The notes beneath the pieces are model-generated. The model was not told the origin of the DNA and searched no databases. It saw only the letters and a program-made list of their open reading frames with translations. A program made the translations under genes and the position numbers. A stretch of DNA of 63,698 bases, the filler included, from Chiloscyllium plagiosum (Eukaryota): assembly GCF_004010195.1 (NCBI RefSeq). It is 4 parts of one record of this genome, joined end to end, with 100 filler letters (N's around TTAATTAATTAA, not from the genome) between each part and the next. Parts side by side here need not be neighbours in the genome. Positions count along the whole stretch, not along the records: positions 61,323 to 63,698 come from NC_057715.1; 3 more parts are not named here. One strand, written 5' to 3'. Shown one piece after another: positions 61,584-63,698 of this stretch. Position 1 is the stretch's first letter; every line of letters starts with the position of its first letter.

Positions 61584-63105
61584 TGAATTGAATGATATGA
61601 ATTGAATTGAATGATTTATAATTGTGCTGTGCATTTTACAGTGAATAATACTGTAATATGCAGTGAATAGTTTCCACTGTCACCACATTCTAGCGCCATT
61701 TTGTATAGTTTAAGAATAAAAAGATATAACTGAGTCTGTCTTCATCCCTGCTGACTCTCGTGTGAACCCTGAGCCTACTTAGCAGCGACACCATGCGTTG
61801 CCACCTGTCCTCCACCGCCTCACCGCCACCTTTGCTGGACTCACCAACGTAGCAGTCACCACGCTTTAGGTGCCATCTCTTCACTACTAGGCCCATCATG
61901 CCAACACTGCCACCAAAGGCAGGTTCCACCTCTCAACGCTGGGAGGAGCCGCGTCTGCTGTTCCCGTCTCTGATCGCTGGGAGGCTGCTGCCATTCTGCA
62001 CACTGCCCACTCCCTCTACCGTCTCTGACCACTGGGAGGCTGCTGCCTTTCTGTACACTGCCCACTCCCCCTACCGTCTCTGACCACTGGGAGGCTGCTG
62101 CCTTTCTGCACACTGCCCACTCCCCCTACCGTCTCTGATCGCTGGGAGGCTGCTGCCATTCTGCACACTGCCCACTCCCCCTACCGTCTCTGACCGCTGG
62201 GAGGCTGCTCCTTTCTGCACACTGCCCACTCCCTCTACCGTCTCTGACCACTGGGAGGCTGCTGCCTTTCTGCACACTGCCCGCTCCCTCTACCGTCTCT
62301 GACCGCTGGGAGGCTGCTGCCATTCTGCACACTGCCCACTCCCCCTACCGTCTCTGACCGCTGGGAGGCTGCTGCCTTTCTGCACACTGCCCACTCCCTC
62401 TACCGTCTCTGACCGCTGGGAGGCTGCTGCCTTTCTGCACACTGCCCACTCCCTCTACCGTCTCTGACCGCTGGGAGGCTGCTGCCTTTCTGCACACTGC
62501 CCACTCCCTCTACCGTCTCTGACCACTGGGAGGCTGCTGCCATTCTGCACATTGCCCACTCCCTCTACCGTCTCTGACCACTGGGAGGCTGCTGCCTTTC
62601 TGCACACTGCCCACTCCCTCTACCGTCTCTGACCACTGGGAGGCTGCTGCCATTCTGCATACTGCCCGCTCCCCGTACCGTCTCTGACCGCTGGGAGGTT
62701 GCTGCCTTTCTGCACACTGCCCACTCCCCCTACCGTCTCTGACCGCTGGGAGGCTGCTGCCTTTCTGCACACTGCCCACTCCCTCTACCGTCTCTGACCA
62801 CTGGGAGGCTGCTGCCTTTCTGCACACTGCCCACTCCCTCTACTGTCTCTGACCACTGGGAGGCTGCTGCCTTTCTGCACACTGCCCACTCCCTCTACTG
62901 TCTCTGACCACTGGGAGGCTGCTGCCGTTCCGCGCACTGCCCGCTCCCACAGCCGTGCTGTCGATGAACCTGCCACAAAAGGCTTCAAAGAAAAGAATAA
63001 CAAATGAAGAAAATGGATGAAAGAAAAGAAGAAGAACAGAAGTGAAAACAAAAATGAATGAAATAAGGCCAACAGAAATGAATGGAACCCGAGCTAAGGA
63101 GCCTG
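61584..63105 (-). mobile_element. Composite non-coding element carrying a 55-bp VNTR, with an (ATTCA)n Rex1-like tail
   Basis: On the minus strand: pyrimidine-rich leader, VNTR, GC-rich spacer, then AAAATGGCGCTAGAATGTGGTGACAGTGGAAACTATTCACTGCA...ATAAATCATTCAATTCAATTC. Confidence 0.55.
61965..62950 (+). repeat. 55-bp minisatellite CTGGGAGGCTGCTGCCTTTCTGCACACTGCCCACTCCCTCTACCGTCTCTGACCA, ~18 highly similar units
   Basis: Directly visible tandem units with few substitutions. Confidence 0.96.
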
Positions 63106-63107
63106 CA

Positions 63108-63698
63108 AGGAAGTGATAAGGTAAGGGAACTGTGGTTTACATCAGAAATTGCATCTCTTGTTGTGAAGAAGAAGGAGGCTTATGTGTTGATGAGGCAAGA
63201 TGGTTCAGATGAGGTGATGGAGAGTTACAGATCAGCTCGGAAGGATTTAAAGAGAGAGTTAAGAAGAGAGGACACAAGCAGTCTTTAGCAAATAGAATAA
63301 AGGAGAACCCTAAAGCTTTCTATAGGTATGTGAGGAATAAAAGGACGATTAGGGTAGGAATAGGGTCAGTCAAAGACAGAAGTGAAGAAGGCATATGGCG
63401 TACTGGCTTTTATTGGTAGAGGAATTGAGTTCCGGAGTACTGAGGTCATGTTGCAGTTGTATAAGACTCTGGTGCGGCCACATCTGGAGTATTGTGTGCA
63501 GTTTTGGTCGCCATACTATAGGAAGGATGTGGAGGCACTGGAACAGGTGCAGAGGAGGTTTACCAGGATGTTGCCTGGTATGGTAGAAAGATCATATGAG
63601 GAAAGGCTGAGGCACTTGGGGTTGTTTTCATTGGAGAAAAGAAGGTTTAGGGGTGACTTGATAGAGGTGTACAAGATGATTAGGAGTTTAGATAGGGT
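63108..63698 (+). mobile_element. CR1 ORF2 fragment (internally deleted)
   Basis: RIKENPKAFYRYV, LVRPHLEYCVQFWSP, QRRFTRMLPG. Confidence 0.88.

Noticed and set aside
61856..63072. ORFs over the 55-bp array, and a CRISPR-like appearance
   Set aside because: The units are head-to-tail with no unique spacers, the context is eukaryotic with no cas genes, and the ORFs simply cycle through frames.

Overview
Vertebrate genomic DNA, most likely an elasmobranch (shark), judged from HE1 SINEs, SacSINE1-like DeuSINEs and abundant CR1 and Penelope repeats. The only supportable host gene is an intact single-ORF AMER2 (FAM123A) on the minus strand (47030-48958, 642 aa). The rest is a dense mosaic of transposon relics: CR1, an L1-clade LINE, a Rex1/Babar LINE, several Penelope-like element (PLE) families, three SINE families, and a Buster-type hAT transposon with TIRs and a perfect 8-bp TSD. 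There are five assembly gaps, three carrying an artificial TTAATTAATTAA linker. Four observations stand out. (1) Two minisatellites (33-bp and 55-bp units) each sit inside a discrete non-coding element that ends in a Rex1-like 3' tail, suggesting an SVA-like, VNTR-carrying non-autonomous retroposon family. (2) At least three PLE families carry minimal hammerhead ribozymes with covarying stems. (3) Small inverted or hairpin PLE insertions have 10-17 bp TSDs. (4) A strong-Kozak, out-of-frame uORF overlaps the AMER2 start codon. Family names come from recalled motifs, not database searches. Most repeat boundaries are approximate.
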